From NCBI GenBank assembly GCA_040776945.1, contig JAXGZN010000002.1, positions 224,001 to 288,000 on the forward strand: a stretch of 64,000 bases of DNA, given 5' to 3'. The stretch comes from Methanomassiliicoccaceae archaeon. GTDB lineage: Archaea > Thermoplasmatota > Thermoplasmata > Methanomassiliicoccales > Methanomassiliicoccaceae. The translations under genes and the position numbers were made by a program. The notes beneath the pieces were generated by a model. It saw only the letters and a program-made list of their open reading frames with translations. It was not told where the DNA came from and searched no databases. Below are positions 20,371-30,084 of the stretch, piece by piece. The stretch's first letter is position 1; each line of letters opens with the position of its first letter.

Positions 20371-21813
20371 CTAGTGAGCGTCTCTCATCCCGTGGAAGAC
20401 GTAGTTGTTGGTGATCTTCATCGCATACCTTGTCGCAAGGTATAGGTCCGACGGTTCCCGGAGCAAGTGCTTCACGTTCGACAGCCACCATCTCCCAGAG
20501 GTGTACAGCGCCTTGTACGCCATTTTCCTGGCCTTGTCCAGGTCCTCCGGGGTCATCTTCTCCGTGCCGACCACGGAGGCGTGCTGGTACATCTTGCGGA
20601 AATCAGGCTCCTCCAGTCCGGTGACCCCATAGATCTGCTCATGGAGCCTCGTTCCAGGATAAGGCACCGCGACGTTGAACTGGGCCGAGGTCGGCAGCGT
20701 CTCACGCACGAACCCCAGCGTCTCCTGGACGCTGTCCCAGTCCTCGCCCGGCAGGCCGAATATGAACGAGCAAAGGACCTTAAGGCGCACGGCCTTCGCG
20801 GCCAGCACGGCCTCCTTGGCCTGCTCCACGGTCACGTGCTTCTCCACCGAATCCAGGATGCGCTGGCTTCCGGACTCTATGCCAAAGGAGATGCCTCGGC
20901 ACCCGGCCTTGCGCATGAGCGCCAACAGCTCCTTGTCTGCCAGATGGGCGCGGGTATTGCAGTACCACTTGACCTTGAGATCCTCTTCTATGAGGCTGCG
21001 GCAGATATCCTCCACCCGCTTGCGGTTGAACGTGAACGTCTCGTCGAAGAACGACGCCGTCCTCAGACCGAAGCGCTCCTTGAGATATCGCAGCTCCTCG
21101 AGGATGTGCGGCGCGGTCCTCATCTTCCAGGGAGTGCCGGCCACGGTGCAGAAGGAGCACTTGTAGGGGCAGCCCTTGCTGGTGTAAAGGATGGTGAACG
21201 GGCGGCCGGCGGGCGCGGTGACGTAATACGGCTTTAGGTCCGGCAGCAGGTCGAAGGCAGGGATCGGCATCAGGTCATAGTCCTTCAGGGGAACAGGCTT
21301 TCCCGTGGTCCTGATGTCATCGTTCGCCCGGAATGCGATGCCGGCCACACCGTCCAGGGAGCTTCCGCTCGAGAGCGCGTCGATGAGCGCCGGAGCCACG
21401 ACCTCGTAGTCCTGCCTGATGTAGATGTCCAGATCTGGGGCCTCGGTCAGCACCTGCCTGGGCATGGTATGGAGCGTCCAGCAGATGCCTGCGGTGGTGA
21501 TGCTCTTGTCCACCTCCTTCACCGTGGACGCGGCCTTTTGGTCCCAGTCGAAGGTGGTAGGCGTGAACCGATACACCGCGGCGTCCGGTCGGAACCTGCG
21601 CACCTCGCTCTCCAGGTCGCCGTAGCTCTGGTCCCTTCCATTGAGGTCCAACAGCGAGACCTGGTGGCCGGCCTGGCGCAGCAGGGCCGCGGTCTGCAGC
21701 AGGGAGTACGGCTCCAGGACCGAGTAGCGCTCCGTTATCTCGCATCGCTCTTCACGTATGACCGGTATGCCCTCGAACCGAGGAGGGTTGATGAGAAGGA
21801 CCTTCAATGCCAT
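20371..21813 (-). CDS. Cobalamin-binding radical SAM enzyme
   Basis: KVLLINPP B12-domain start, SKGCPYKCSFC, FFDETF, GIESG, PYPGT; start at MALKV. Confidence 0.92.
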   Translation of the reverse strand: MALKVLLINPPRFEGIPVIREERCEITERYSVLEPYSLLQTAALLRQAGHQVSLLDLNGRDQSYGDLESEVRRFRPDAAVYRFTPTTFDWDQKAASTVKEVDKSITTAGICWTLHTMPRQVLTEAPDLDIYIRQDYEVVAPALIDALSSGSSLDGVAGIAFRANDDIRTTGKPVPLKDYDLMPIPAFDLLPDLKPYYVTAPAGRPFTILYTSKGCPYKCSFCTVAGTPWKMRTAPHILEELRYLKERFGLRTASFFDETFTFNRKRVEDICRSLIEEDLKVKWYCNTRAHLADKELLALMRKAGCRGISFGIESGSQRILDSVEKHVTVEQAKEAVLAAKAVRLKVLCSFIFGLPGEDWDSVQETLGFVRETLPTSAQFNVAVPYPGTRLHEQIYGVTGLEEPDFRKMYQHASVVGTEKMTPEDLDKARKMAYKALYTSGRWWLSNVKHLLREPSDLYLATRYAMKITNNYVFHGMRDAH

Positions 21814-22991
21814 CCGTCCACCGTCTGCCTGTAAACTTCGGCGGTGCGCTGGGCCATCACCCGGGCGCTGAACTCCTCCAGCACCCGGTCCCTGGCGCGC
21901 ATGCACAGCGACCTCGCCAGCCTGTGGTCGCCGAGGACGGTATTAAGGCTTTCTGCCAAAATCTCAGCGCTCTTGGGGGGAACGAGCATCCCGGTCGATC
22001 CGTGATCGATCATCTCCGGCACCCCGCCCACGCTGCTGGCGATGACCGGTGTGCCCGAGGCCATGGACTCCAGGAGGGTCATGGGAAAGCTCTCCGAGTA
22101 GGAGGGAAGGATGAACGCAGAGGCCAGAGGATACAGGTATGGCATCTGATGGTATGGCACCGGCCCGATGAACCTGCACCTGTCCTGCGGGAGGCCGAGG
22201 TCCAAGGCCATCGCCTTCCATTGCTCGGTGTTGCCGGTGCCGGCGAAGACGAATGTGGGCCTGAGCGCCGGATCGACCAGCGTGGCGGCCTTCAGCGCGG
22301 TGGAGATGCCCTTGAGCGCGATCATGCGTCCCGAGAACAAAACTATGTTCTCCGCGCCCCGAAGGTCCGGGAACCGTTCCAGGCATTCGTCCACGCCCTT
22401 GGGAGAGAACATGGCGGTGTCGATCCCATTGTGGATGACCTTGGAAGGACAGGTCGCCCCGAGCTTCTCCTGGCACCACTCGCGGATGAAGTCGGAGACG
22501 TATATCAGCGAGGTGCAGCGCTTCATGTACACCCGCTCGAGGGCCTTCAGGAGCGGGAGGAGGAGCAAGGTCATCCGCTCCGAGTTCTCCAGCTTGTTGA
22601 GGGGGAGGTCAGCCTCCCGGGTGCCCATGCGCTGCGACCCGATGGTGCTGTGCACGGTGGTCACGGACGGCACCTTCTCGCCGAGCACCTTGAACATGAT
22701 GTCCGCCATCTGCGCGTGGTTGGCGTGCATGAGGTCGAAATCGTACGCATCGTTCAGCTGGGCGAAGGAGCGCCAGAGGGAGATCTGGAACTGGTTGTTG
22801 TACATGAAGGTGTCCTTGGCGGTGCCCAGGGCATGCACGGTGATGTTGTCCGCCCTTGGGACCTGTCCCTCCTTGCCCAAGCAGATGACGTGGACATCGT
22901 GGTCGGGCGACAGGTTCTTGGCAAGTTGGACCGCATAGCTGCCGATGCCGCCCCAGCTAAGGAACTCTGGGGTTACCATGGCCACTCGCAT
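21804..22991 (-). CDS. GT4-family glycosyltransferase
   Basis: GGIG, IHNGID, KG, ESFPMTLLESMASGTP. Confidence 0.92.
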   Translation of the reverse strand: MRVAMVTPEFLSWGGIGSYAVQLAKNLSPDHDVHVICLGKEGQVPRADNITVHALGTAKDTFMYNNQFQISLWRSFAQLNDAYDFDLMHANHAQMADIMFKVLGEKVPSVTTVHSTIGSQRMGTREADLPLNKLENSERMTLLLLPLLKALERVYMKRCTSLIYVSDFIREWCQEKLGATCPSKVIHNGIDTAMFSPKGVDECLERFPDLRGAENIVLFSGRMIALKGISTALKAATLVDPALRPTFVFAGTGNTEQWKAMALDLGLPQDRCRFIGPVPYHQMPYLYPLASAFILPSYSESFPMTLLESMASGTPVIASSVGGVPEMIDHGSTGMLVPPKSAEILAESLNTVLGDHRLARSLCMRARDRVLEEFSARVMAQRTAEVYRQTVDGWH

Positions 22992-22998
22992 GGGCCCC

Positions 22999-23844
22999 TC
23001 AGATGCGTTGGGCGGACAAGCGCGGAACGGCGGCGTCCGCCCGCTTGGCCACTTTCATATCGAACTCGCCTGCGGCGCTCCAGAAGCGCCTCTCCACCAG
23101 CTTGGTCAGGATGGTCACTCCCGCTTTCAGGGGGACCAGTTTGGTCTCGCCGGCCCGGGGCAGGTAGTTGATCGGTATCTCCTCCAGCCTCAGCCCTTTC
23201 TTGACCGTCTCAGCGAACATCTCCGCCTCCAGCTCGAAATGCTTGGAATCGAGCTCCAGGGTGCGTACGGCGTGAGAGCTGAAGCCCCACATGCCGGTGC
23301 ACAGGTCGGTGCATGGATGCTGATAGAGCAGGGTCGCGATATCGCTCAGCACGATGTTCCCGAAGTGGTTGAGAGGCGTCATCGCTCCCTCGGCAATGCT
23401 GCCCTTGAAGCGGGAGCCCATAACCACGTCCGCGCCGGCCTCGAGGGCCGCTATCACATCAGGCATATATCGCGGAGGATATGTCCCGTCAGCGTCGATC
23501 ATGATGAGGTATTTGGCGTCCAACATGGATGCCAGGTCGGAGAACTTGGCGCACAGGCCGCCGGTGAGGGCGAGCACTTTCGGCACCACCTCGCGGGGAT
23601 CGCACAGCGCCATGGCTTGGCGGACCCCCAGTCCCTTGCCCCTCCCCTTCTGTACAAGAACGTAGGCACCTTTCTCACGAGCTATCGCCAGGGTCCGGTC
23701 CGTCGACTGACCGTCGACGACGATGACACGGACCTCATATCCCATGCTCATGAGCTCCTTGCGAGGTATGTCATCGATGACCTTTCCTATGCTGCGCTCC
23801 TCGTTGAGCGCTGGAATCATTACTACTATTTTGTTCGCGGTCAC
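22999..23844 (-). CDS. GT2 glycosyltransferase (polyprenol-phosphate glycosyltransferase-like)
   Basis: IPALNEE, VDGQSTDRT, DADGTY, GSRF. Confidence 0.9.
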   Translation of the reverse strand: MTANKIVVMIPALNEERSIGKVIDDIPRKELMSMGYEVRVIVVDGQSTDRTLAIAREKGAYVLVQKGRGKGLGVRQAMALCDPREVVPKVLALTGGLCAKFSDLASMLDAKYLIMIDADGTYPPRYMPDVIAALEAGADVVMGSRFKGSIAEGAMTPLNHFGNIVLSDIATLLYQHPCTDLCTGMWGFSSHAVRTLELDSKHFELEAEMFAETVKKGLRLEEIPINYLPRAGETKLVPLKAGVTILTKLVERRFWSAAGEFDMKVAKRADAAVPRLSAQRI

Positions 23845-24032
23845 ACTTTCATCCCCGTATACGCAGTGCTATCTCTAATACTATCGGTTTCGATACCATT
23901 CAGTCTATCTGCTATGCTCGCCCCTATCGCTACTTTTATAGTAGCCCCAACAGTTTTTATTCGCGCGGAGGATTTATTTGTCATAGGGCATATATAAATG
24001 TTTGTTTTTTACCCGGCCTGGCCTCGTCCGAA

Positions 24033-24725
24033 TCAAGTGATATCCCTACCCATAATGATACTGTCGGACAGCTTGTGCCCGGTTCGTCCGACGCTCTTGC
24101 TCAGAAGAACAACGGACACCAGGAAGATCGCCATGAAGCAGGCCAACAGCATCGACCGGTAGCCTCCCAGGCCTGGACCCTGAGAGACGATGATGAAGTA
24201 CGCCCCCTCAAGGCCAGTGATGGCCATTGCCGGCAGGGCGGTGAGGAGCAGCCCCCTCCTCTCCCTAGCACTATAGGAGGCCACAGAGGTAATGGACCTC
24301 CACGGCCTGAGCGCCACCGTGATGATCACGGCGGCAATGGTGAAGAACACCACCTCCATGCGGATGTCGAAGGCGCTATTGAACTCGTTCACCTGGAACC
24401 ACTCCAGGGACCACGGGTAGAACGGCGCGATGGACCCTATGTACGCATCCCCCAGCAGGTGGCCGCCAGCGGCGGCGGCGGCCAACAGGAGCAATGCCGG
24501 CCGCGGTCGGCTCAGCGCCACGAGCGGAATGAAGACCATCAGCAGCATCGCTCCCAGGCCGACGAGGGAATGCGACAGGTACCTCAACGGGCCCAGATGG
24601 AGAAAGTCCGGCAACAGGGAGAAGAACATCACGTAGGACAGGGCCAGCGCCCTCTCCCTTTTCAAGTGGACGATGAGAGGCAGACAGATGAGGAACGAGA
24701 AGGCCATATGGCCAGGTAACCACAC
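24033..24725 (-). CDS. Membrane-bound metal-dependent hydrolase (YdjM-like)
   Basis: GH, LPD, SHSL, HLLGD motifs in TM protein. Confidence 0.75.
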   Translation of the reverse strand: MWLPGHMAFSFLICLPLIVHLKRERALALSYVMFFSLLPDFLHLGPLRYLSHSLVGLGAMLLMVFIPLVALSRPRPALLLLAAAAAGGHLLGDAYIGSIAPFYPWSLEWFQVNEFNSAFDIRMEVVFFTIAAVIITVALRPWRSITSVASYSARERRGLLLTALPAMAITGLEGAYFIIVSQGPGLGGYRSMLLACFMAIFLVSVVLLSKSVGRTGHKLSDSIIMGRDIT

Positions 24726-24921
24726 GATCGCACCTTTACCGGGCCGAACCGCCCGGCGGGGTGCCTATGGTCCGGCATGGCATTTCAAGCTTTCCCCATT
24801 TTGTGTACGATCGGGACGTGGACCAGGCCCGATGTCGCCCTTTTTCCACTTTCTCGAAGAAGGTAGTTATATATGGGCTATGTTTGGATAGTGCCGGCAA
24901 TCCGCCGGACGAGGCCGCAAG

Positions 24922-26589
24922 ATGAGCAAGGATGAGGGGAGGGTCCGACCGTCGTTCCTTTACGTATTGAGCTTTCTAGGCATGGCCATCTGCCTGTTCT
25001 CCTCCATGGGGTTCGACATCGAGGCCGTCCCTCTGGGAACGCCCTTCGGGTTCTTCGGCCTTCTGCCCTTCTCATACTGGGTAGGGATACTGTTCCTGAC
25101 GATCTCCATGGGCATCGGTCTGCGTACAGGCTCGGAAACGGCGTTCTTCGTGCAGACGGCCCTGCTCTTCGTGGCGCTGTGGGGCGCCCCGGCCATGTTC
25201 TCAAAGTATCCCACGGTATGGGACTCCTACGTCCACTACAGCTCCTCGCTGGAGCTGGTGCGCAACGGCTTCATACCCAACAATGACGTCAACTCCTACG
25301 CGTTCAACTATCCGGGGTTCTTCGTCCTCGGTGCGTCCTATGTGCTGCTGGGCGCCCCCGACCCCCTGGTCTTCCTCAGGCTGTACCCGGTCTTCGCGGC
25401 GGTCATGACCCTTGCGGCCCTATACCTCTTCGCCCGGACCTATGTGCCGAAGCTCGACTATCGGCTGGCCTTGATCTTCTCCGCGTTCGCCAATGTGTGG
25501 CTGCAGTTCAACTACTCTCCTCAGTCCATGGGCCTGGTGGCCGGCCTGCTGATATTCGTGTGCCTTGAGCGGGAGGGAAAGGAGTGGCTGTACTCGGCCA
25601 TGTTCCTCTTCGCGTACGTGGTCATATCGCACCCCACGACCCTGATCTTCGTCCTTGGCGCGATCGCCTTAAAGGAGGTGGTCGCGAGGGTCATCCGGGT
25701 GGCGGTGGCCAGAAGGCACCCCATAAAGTGGGGCCGGCCTTGGCCGGTGGGCGTGTTCATCCTTATATGGCTGGGATGGTTCTTCACCGGGGCATCGTCC
25801 TTCTCCCTCAACCTGGTGGAGTTCATCACCAGCCGCCTGGGCGCGCTCATGAACATCAACGAGGGCATCCAGCAGCAGATCGCCATGCGGACGACCCCGG
25901 AGAACATCCTCGGAACGCTGTACCCCCAGCTGCGGACGGGAATGATGGCGGCGTTCGCCGCCTTGACGCTGATCGCCTTACTGGCGTATTTGATAAAGCG
26001 GAGGAAAGGCCCGGTCAACATGCCGAGCAACATATTGGCCCTGTTCCTTATAGCGCTGGGGATCATCCCGTTGGACATCGTGTTCTTCAACGGCCAACTG
26101 TACGACCGGGGGATCATGTACATCGTGCTGGTCGCGCCCATTGTGTTCGTCCCCCTGCTCATGGGCAAGGGGCGCCGCTTCGCGCGCCCGGTCCTGGGGC
26201 TGCTGGTGGCCTTGGTGGTGGTCGCAGGGGCCTCCACCATGTTCTATCAGGAGGCGCTGTACGTGACCAACGACCGAGGCATCAAGGCCGCGGACTACCT
26301 GTCCAAGCTCGATCCGAAGTGGGTCGCCGGAGGGTTCTATCCCATCGACGTGTGGAGCGAGCGCGGGGAGAGCTATGACCGGGTCAGGATGATCTCCCTG
26401 TGGAACCAAAGCCCGGAGCTTGTGGTGTCATGGATGGGGAGCGGGGTGTTCTTGTTCGACGATACCACTCAGATGTGGTATCGGCAATGGGGGATCCAAG
26501 AGGTCTACACGTACTACTCGAGCACCGCGCCGGGACATTATAGAGTATATGATAACGGGATGTACTGGGCGATGTACGTGGCGAGGTGA
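24922..26589 (+). CDS. Multi-pass membrane protein, GT-C/polymerase-like
   Basis: WDSYVH loop, YPGF, SHPT; 12 or more TM segments within glycan cluster. Confidence 0.7.
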   Translation: MSKDEGRVRPSFLYVLSFLGMAICLFSSMGFDIEAVPLGTPFGFFGLLPFSYWVGILFLTISMGIGLRTGSETAFFVQTALLFVALWGAPAMFSKYPTVWDSYVHYSSSLELVRNGFIPNNDVNSYAFNYPGFFVLGASYVLLGAPDPLVFLRLYPVFAAVMTLAALYLFARTYVPKLDYRLALIFSAFANVWLQFNYSPQSMGLVAGLLIFVCLEREGKEWLYSAMFLFAYVVISHPTTLIFVLGAIALKEVVARVIRVAVARRHPIKWGRPWPVGVFILIWLGWFFTGASSFSLNLVEFITSRLGALMNINEGIQQQIAMRTTPENILGTLYPQLRTGMMAAFAALTLIALLAYLIKRRKGPVNMPSNILALFLIALGIIPLDIVFFNGQLYDRGIMYIVLVAPIVFVPLLMGKGRRFARPVLGLLVALVVVAGASTMFYQEALYVTNDRGIKAADYLSKLDPKWVAGGFYPIDVWSERGESYDRVRMISLWNQSPELVVSWMGSGVFLFDDTTQMWYRQWGIQEVYTYYSSTAPGHYRVYDNGMYWAMYVAR

Positions 26590-26593
26590 TCGG

Positions 26594-27784
26594 ATGAGGA
26601 TCGGACTGGTCAATCTGATAACCAAGACGGCCGACGTTCAGGCCGACGCGTCGGTGATGCGCACCCAGGGGCTCCGGCCGGGCACGGACGCCGACCTCAA
26701 CATAGTGGAGACGGGCAGGCGGCTGGTGAAGCGCGGCCATGAGGTCACCGTCTTCGTCTCCGACGCATACCGTCCGGAGCGGAGCGGGGACCTGGGAGGG
26801 GTCAAGGTAGAGTACATACCGACCCGCCTGCCGAGCGTGTTCCCGCCGTCCCTGGCCCCCCTGACCCCCTCGCTGCTCAGGGACATCCCGAGGATGAAGC
26901 TGGATGTGGTCCAGTCGGGAGAGGTGTTCCAGCCCGGAACGGTGCTCACCTGGTCCGCCTCCCGGGACGGCCCGCGCATGTTCATATGGCAGGAGCTGGA
27001 CATCTGCATGCAGGGCCCCCTCGGCTGGGTCCAGAGGCAGTTCTACCGCACCATGGGCAAGGCCGTGGTCCGCGGGTGCCGAAAGGTCATCCCCCGCTCC
27101 CGCTCGGCCGCCCGGCATCTATTGCAGGCAGGGGTTCCGGAGGCGCAGATCGCACCGGTGGTGCATTCCGGAGTGGATACGGCCACATACCGTCCGTTGC
27201 ACAAGGGCGACGCCAGGGCGCGCTTCGGCATCGACGAGGACCGCAACGTGCTGCTGTGCATCGGCCGCATGCACGAGAACAAGGGCATGGACCTGCTGGT
27301 CAGGGCGATGGCCCGGGTGAGGGTGAGCGACCCGGAGTGCCTGCTGGTGCTCAAGGGCACCGGCCCCCAGGAGAGGACGCTGCGCTCCTTGGTGAGGGAA
27401 CTGGACCTGGGGGAGAACGTAACAATCATGACCGAGCGCCTGGACCAGGGCGATATGGCCAAGCTGTACAACTGCGCGGACCTCCTGACGGTGGCGTCCC
27501 GCACCGACCTGTTCCCGTTCACCGCCATCGAGGCCATCGCCTGCGGGGTGCCGGTGGCCACCTCCTTCGCCCGCGGCCTGAAGAGCGACATCGTGGACCA
27601 GGGGGCGGGGGCGATGCTCTCTTCCGACCCCCAAAGAATGGCCGTCGACCTTCTGTGCCTGCTGGAGGACCCCGTGCGCCTGGACATCCTGGGCTCACGG
27701 GCCAGGGACCTTGCGCTGGAGGACTTCAGCTTTGACGTGGGGGCCGACCGGATGGTAAGCATATATTCCGAGGGGCTGGAATGA
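26594..27784 (+). CDS. GT4-family glycosyltransferase
   Basis: HSGVD, NKGMDLL, DLFPFTAIEA; start MRIGLV after GAGGTGA. Confidence 0.88.
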   Translation: MRIGLVNLITKTADVQADASVMRTQGLRPGTDADLNIVETGRRLVKRGHEVTVFVSDAYRPERSGDLGGVKVEYIPTRLPSVFPPSLAPLTPSLLRDIPRMKLDVVQSGEVFQPGTVLTWSASRDGPRMFIWQELDICMQGPLGWVQRQFYRTMGKAVVRGCRKVIPRSRSAARHLLQAGVPEAQIAPVVHSGVDTATYRPLHKGDARARFGIDEDRNVLLCIGRMHENKGMDLLVRAMARVRVSDPECLLVLKGTGPQERTLRSLVRELDLGENVTIMTERLDQGDMAKLYNCADLLTVASRTDLFPFTAIEAIACGVPVATSFARGLKSDIVDQGAGAMLSSDPQRMAVDLLCLLEDPVRLDILGSRARDLALEDFSFDVGADRMVSIYSEGLE

Positions 27785-28929
27785 GGATCGCGTTCATACC
27801 GAAGGTGGAGATCGACCCCGCGAACTCCGAGAGGACGCCCAAGCTGCTGTACCTGCTTTCGCTATGGTTCGATGTGCTGCCGATCGAGACCGGGGCGCTG
27901 GACCGCAAGGTCTTCGACCAATCCCGGAACCGCTTCGCCCGGTACGTCATGTTCGTACTTAACGAGATGTCGATAGCGTGGGCCGTGTTGCGCATGGGTA
28001 GGCGGGAGCGGGTGGACATCATCTTCGCCGAGGGCACCTATTACTCGCTGGCAGGGGGCCTCGCGGCCCGCGTCCTGGGGGTGCCGATGGTATGGGACAA
28101 CCATGGCAACATCAAGGACTTCGCCGCGACTCTGGGTAAGAGCCGGTTCTTCCTGTGGGGCAACCTGGCGCTGGAACGGGTCCTGGCGCGCTTGGCCAGC
28201 AAGGTCCTAGTGGTCTCCGGCAAGGAGATCGAGGCCTACCGTTCGCTCGGTTTCGACACCTCCAGGTTCGAGGTCCTGCCGACCTGCGCGGACATGTCCA
28301 TGGTCAGCTCCAGGCTCAGGACGAGGCAGGAGGCCAGGGAAGCTCTGGACATAGGCCCGGACGCCAAGATAGTCCTCTTCTTCGGCACCCTGAGATACTT
28401 GCCCAACCTCGATGCCGCCCAGTACATCTCGCGGGAGATGCACCCTTGGATAAAGGCCCAGGTGCCTGGCGTGGAAACGCTCATCGCCGGCAGCGGGAGC
28501 CTGGGAGACGACCCCCCCGCCGGAGTGCGTATGCTCGGCTTCGTGCCAGACCTGTACCTTTGGCTGTCCGCGGCGGACGTGTGCGTGGCGCCTATGTGGA
28601 AAGGGGTAGGCATACTCACCAAGGTCATCGACATGCTCTCGGCCGGCCGTGCCACGGTCGTGAGCCCGCTGGCCCTGGAGGGCATACCGGAGCTGGAGCA
28701 CGGGAAGAACTGCCTGGTGGGGAAGGACCGGGAGGATTTCGCCCGCCAGGTGGCGTCGCTGCTCGAGGACCCCGCGGAGGCCGAACGTCTGGGCATCAAG
28801 GGGCGAGAGCTGGTGGCCTCCCATTACTCCTGGGAAGAGGTGGCGCCCCGGTTGCGGGACATGATGACCGCGTTGGCGAGCGACCGACAAGTTCATAGCG
28901 ATAGCGCATCAATGGCTGAAGGAGGGTGA
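27781..28929 (+). CDS. GT4-family glycosyltransferase
   Basis: FFGTLRYLPNLDA, GILTKVIDMLSAG. Confidence 0.88.
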   Translation: MRIAFIPKVEIDPANSERTPKLLYLLSLWFDVLPIETGALDRKVFDQSRNRFARYVMFVLNEMSIAWAVLRMGRRERVDIIFAEGTYYSLAGGLAARVLGVPMVWDNHGNIKDFAATLGKSRFFLWGNLALERVLARLASKVLVVSGKEIEAYRSLGFDTSRFEVLPTCADMSMVSSRLRTRQEAREALDIGPDAKIVLFFGTLRYLPNLDAAQYISREMHPWIKAQVPGVETLIAGSGSLGDDPPAGVRMLGFVPDLYLWLSAADVCVAPMWKGVGILTKVIDMLSAGRATVVSPLALEGIPELEHGKNCLVGKDREDFARQVASLLEDPAEAERLGIKGRELVASHYSWEEVAPRLRDMMTALASDRQVHSDSASMAEGG

Positions 28930-28936
28930 TGTTCTA

Positions 28937-29881
28937 GTGGCCGCTAGGTCGGGGAAAATTATCATAGGTCCGGGGAGGCCGTTCGACCTGATCATCGTTT
29001 GCCTCCTCGTGGTGGCCGCCCTCCTCCTTTCGCTGATGGACTGGGCAGGGCCGCTGAGATGGGGCATCGCGTTCCTGGCGGTCTTCTTCTGCCCGGGATA
29101 CGCGATAGTCTCGGCCCTTTTCCCCGGCCGCAAGGCCCTGCTGTCGCAGACCACCATAGTGCGGCGCGAGGAGCACTTGCTGGACATCGGTTTCCTGGAG
29201 AGGTTGGTCCTCGGCGTCGGCCTCTCCGCGGCCATCATGGCGCTGTCCGGGACCGTCCTGACCCGGGGCATACTGAACTTCGACGTCACGGTCGTGGCAG
29301 TGGAGACCGTTCTCATCACCTTCGTAGGCTCGACGATAGCCCTCGTGCGCCGGTCCAGCCTCCCCAGGGGTGACCAGTTCGCGGTCCTCGGCAGGGTGAA
29401 GCGGCGGATGCCCTACACCGCGGCGGAGATGGGCGTCGCGGTGATCATCATAGCCGCGATAATGGTGATGTCCGTGGTCTTGGTCAATGGCCTCAGCGCG
29501 AGGCCGGTCTCGGAGCCTTACTCCGAGTTCGGGGTCACCGGTACGGACGGCGACCTATCGCACATGCCCAGGGTGCTGGCGGTCAACCAGCCGGGGCTGA
29601 TCAAGGTGATTGTCATCTCCCACGCAGGCGAGACCCAGAGGTTCCAGCTCACCCTGGCGCTGGAGCGCGCGCCGGGGGCAGGCTCGGCCTTCACCCCATC
29701 TCAGCAGGTAGCTGTGTCGCCAGGCGCCCCGAGGTCCTTCACCTTCGATCTGGCCGACGGGGAGAGATGGGAGTCGAACATCGCCTTCACCATCCCGGTC
29801 AGCGGCGATAGGACCTTGTACCTGCTCCTGGACGACGGAAGGGAGGTGAAGCTGCTTTGGCTTCCCTTGACCATCGGATAG
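28937..29881 (+). CDS. DUF1616-like membrane protein
   Basis: FCPGYA..ALFP, LERLVLGVGLS, EPYSEF, C-terminal beta domain ending LWL. Confidence 0.78.
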   Translation: MAARSGKIIIGPGRPFDLIIVCLLVVAALLLSLMDWAGPLRWGIAFLAVFFCPGYAIVSALFPGRKALLSQTTIVRREEHLLDIGFLERLVLGVGLSAAIMALSGTVLTRGILNFDVTVVAVETVLITFVGSTIALVRRSSLPRGDQFAVLGRVKRRMPYTAAEMGVAVIIIAAIMVMSVVLVNGLSARPVSEPYSEFGVTGTDGDLSHMPRVLAVNQPGLIKVIVISHAGETQRFQLTLALERAPGAGSAFTPSQQVAVSPGAPRSFTFDLADGERWESNIAFTIPVSGDRTLYLLLDDGREVKLLWLPLTIG

Positions 29882-29886
29882 GCGCG

Positions 29887-30084
29887 TTGGCTATCATACC
29901 TCCCCTCGGGCTGGGGCCGTCCTTTCTGGCCCCGGCGATGGCAGTGGTCCTCGCCTGCCTGTTGGGAGTGATCATGCTCGATCGCATCTCCAAAGGGGAC
30001 GTGAGGAAGCTGGTCCCGGTGGGCTTCTGCCTCCTCTCTCTCATGATCGTCCTGTGGGCGCTGGCGTTATGGAACGTCCTGTGA
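29887..30084 (+). CDS. Small 2-TM membrane protein
   Basis: Hydrophobic ORF filling the gap, stop overlaps next start (TGATG); start uncertain. Confidence 0.6.
   Translation: MAIIPPLGLGPSFLAPAMAVVLACLLGVIMLDRISKGDVRKLVPVGFCLLSLMIVLWALALWNVL

Noticed and set aside
20363-20373. Pyrrolysine (TAG) readthrough fusions, checked here and at 29881, 42832 and 55029
   Set aside because: Downstream genes are in a different frame or readthrough meets a stop quickly; upstream proteins look complete
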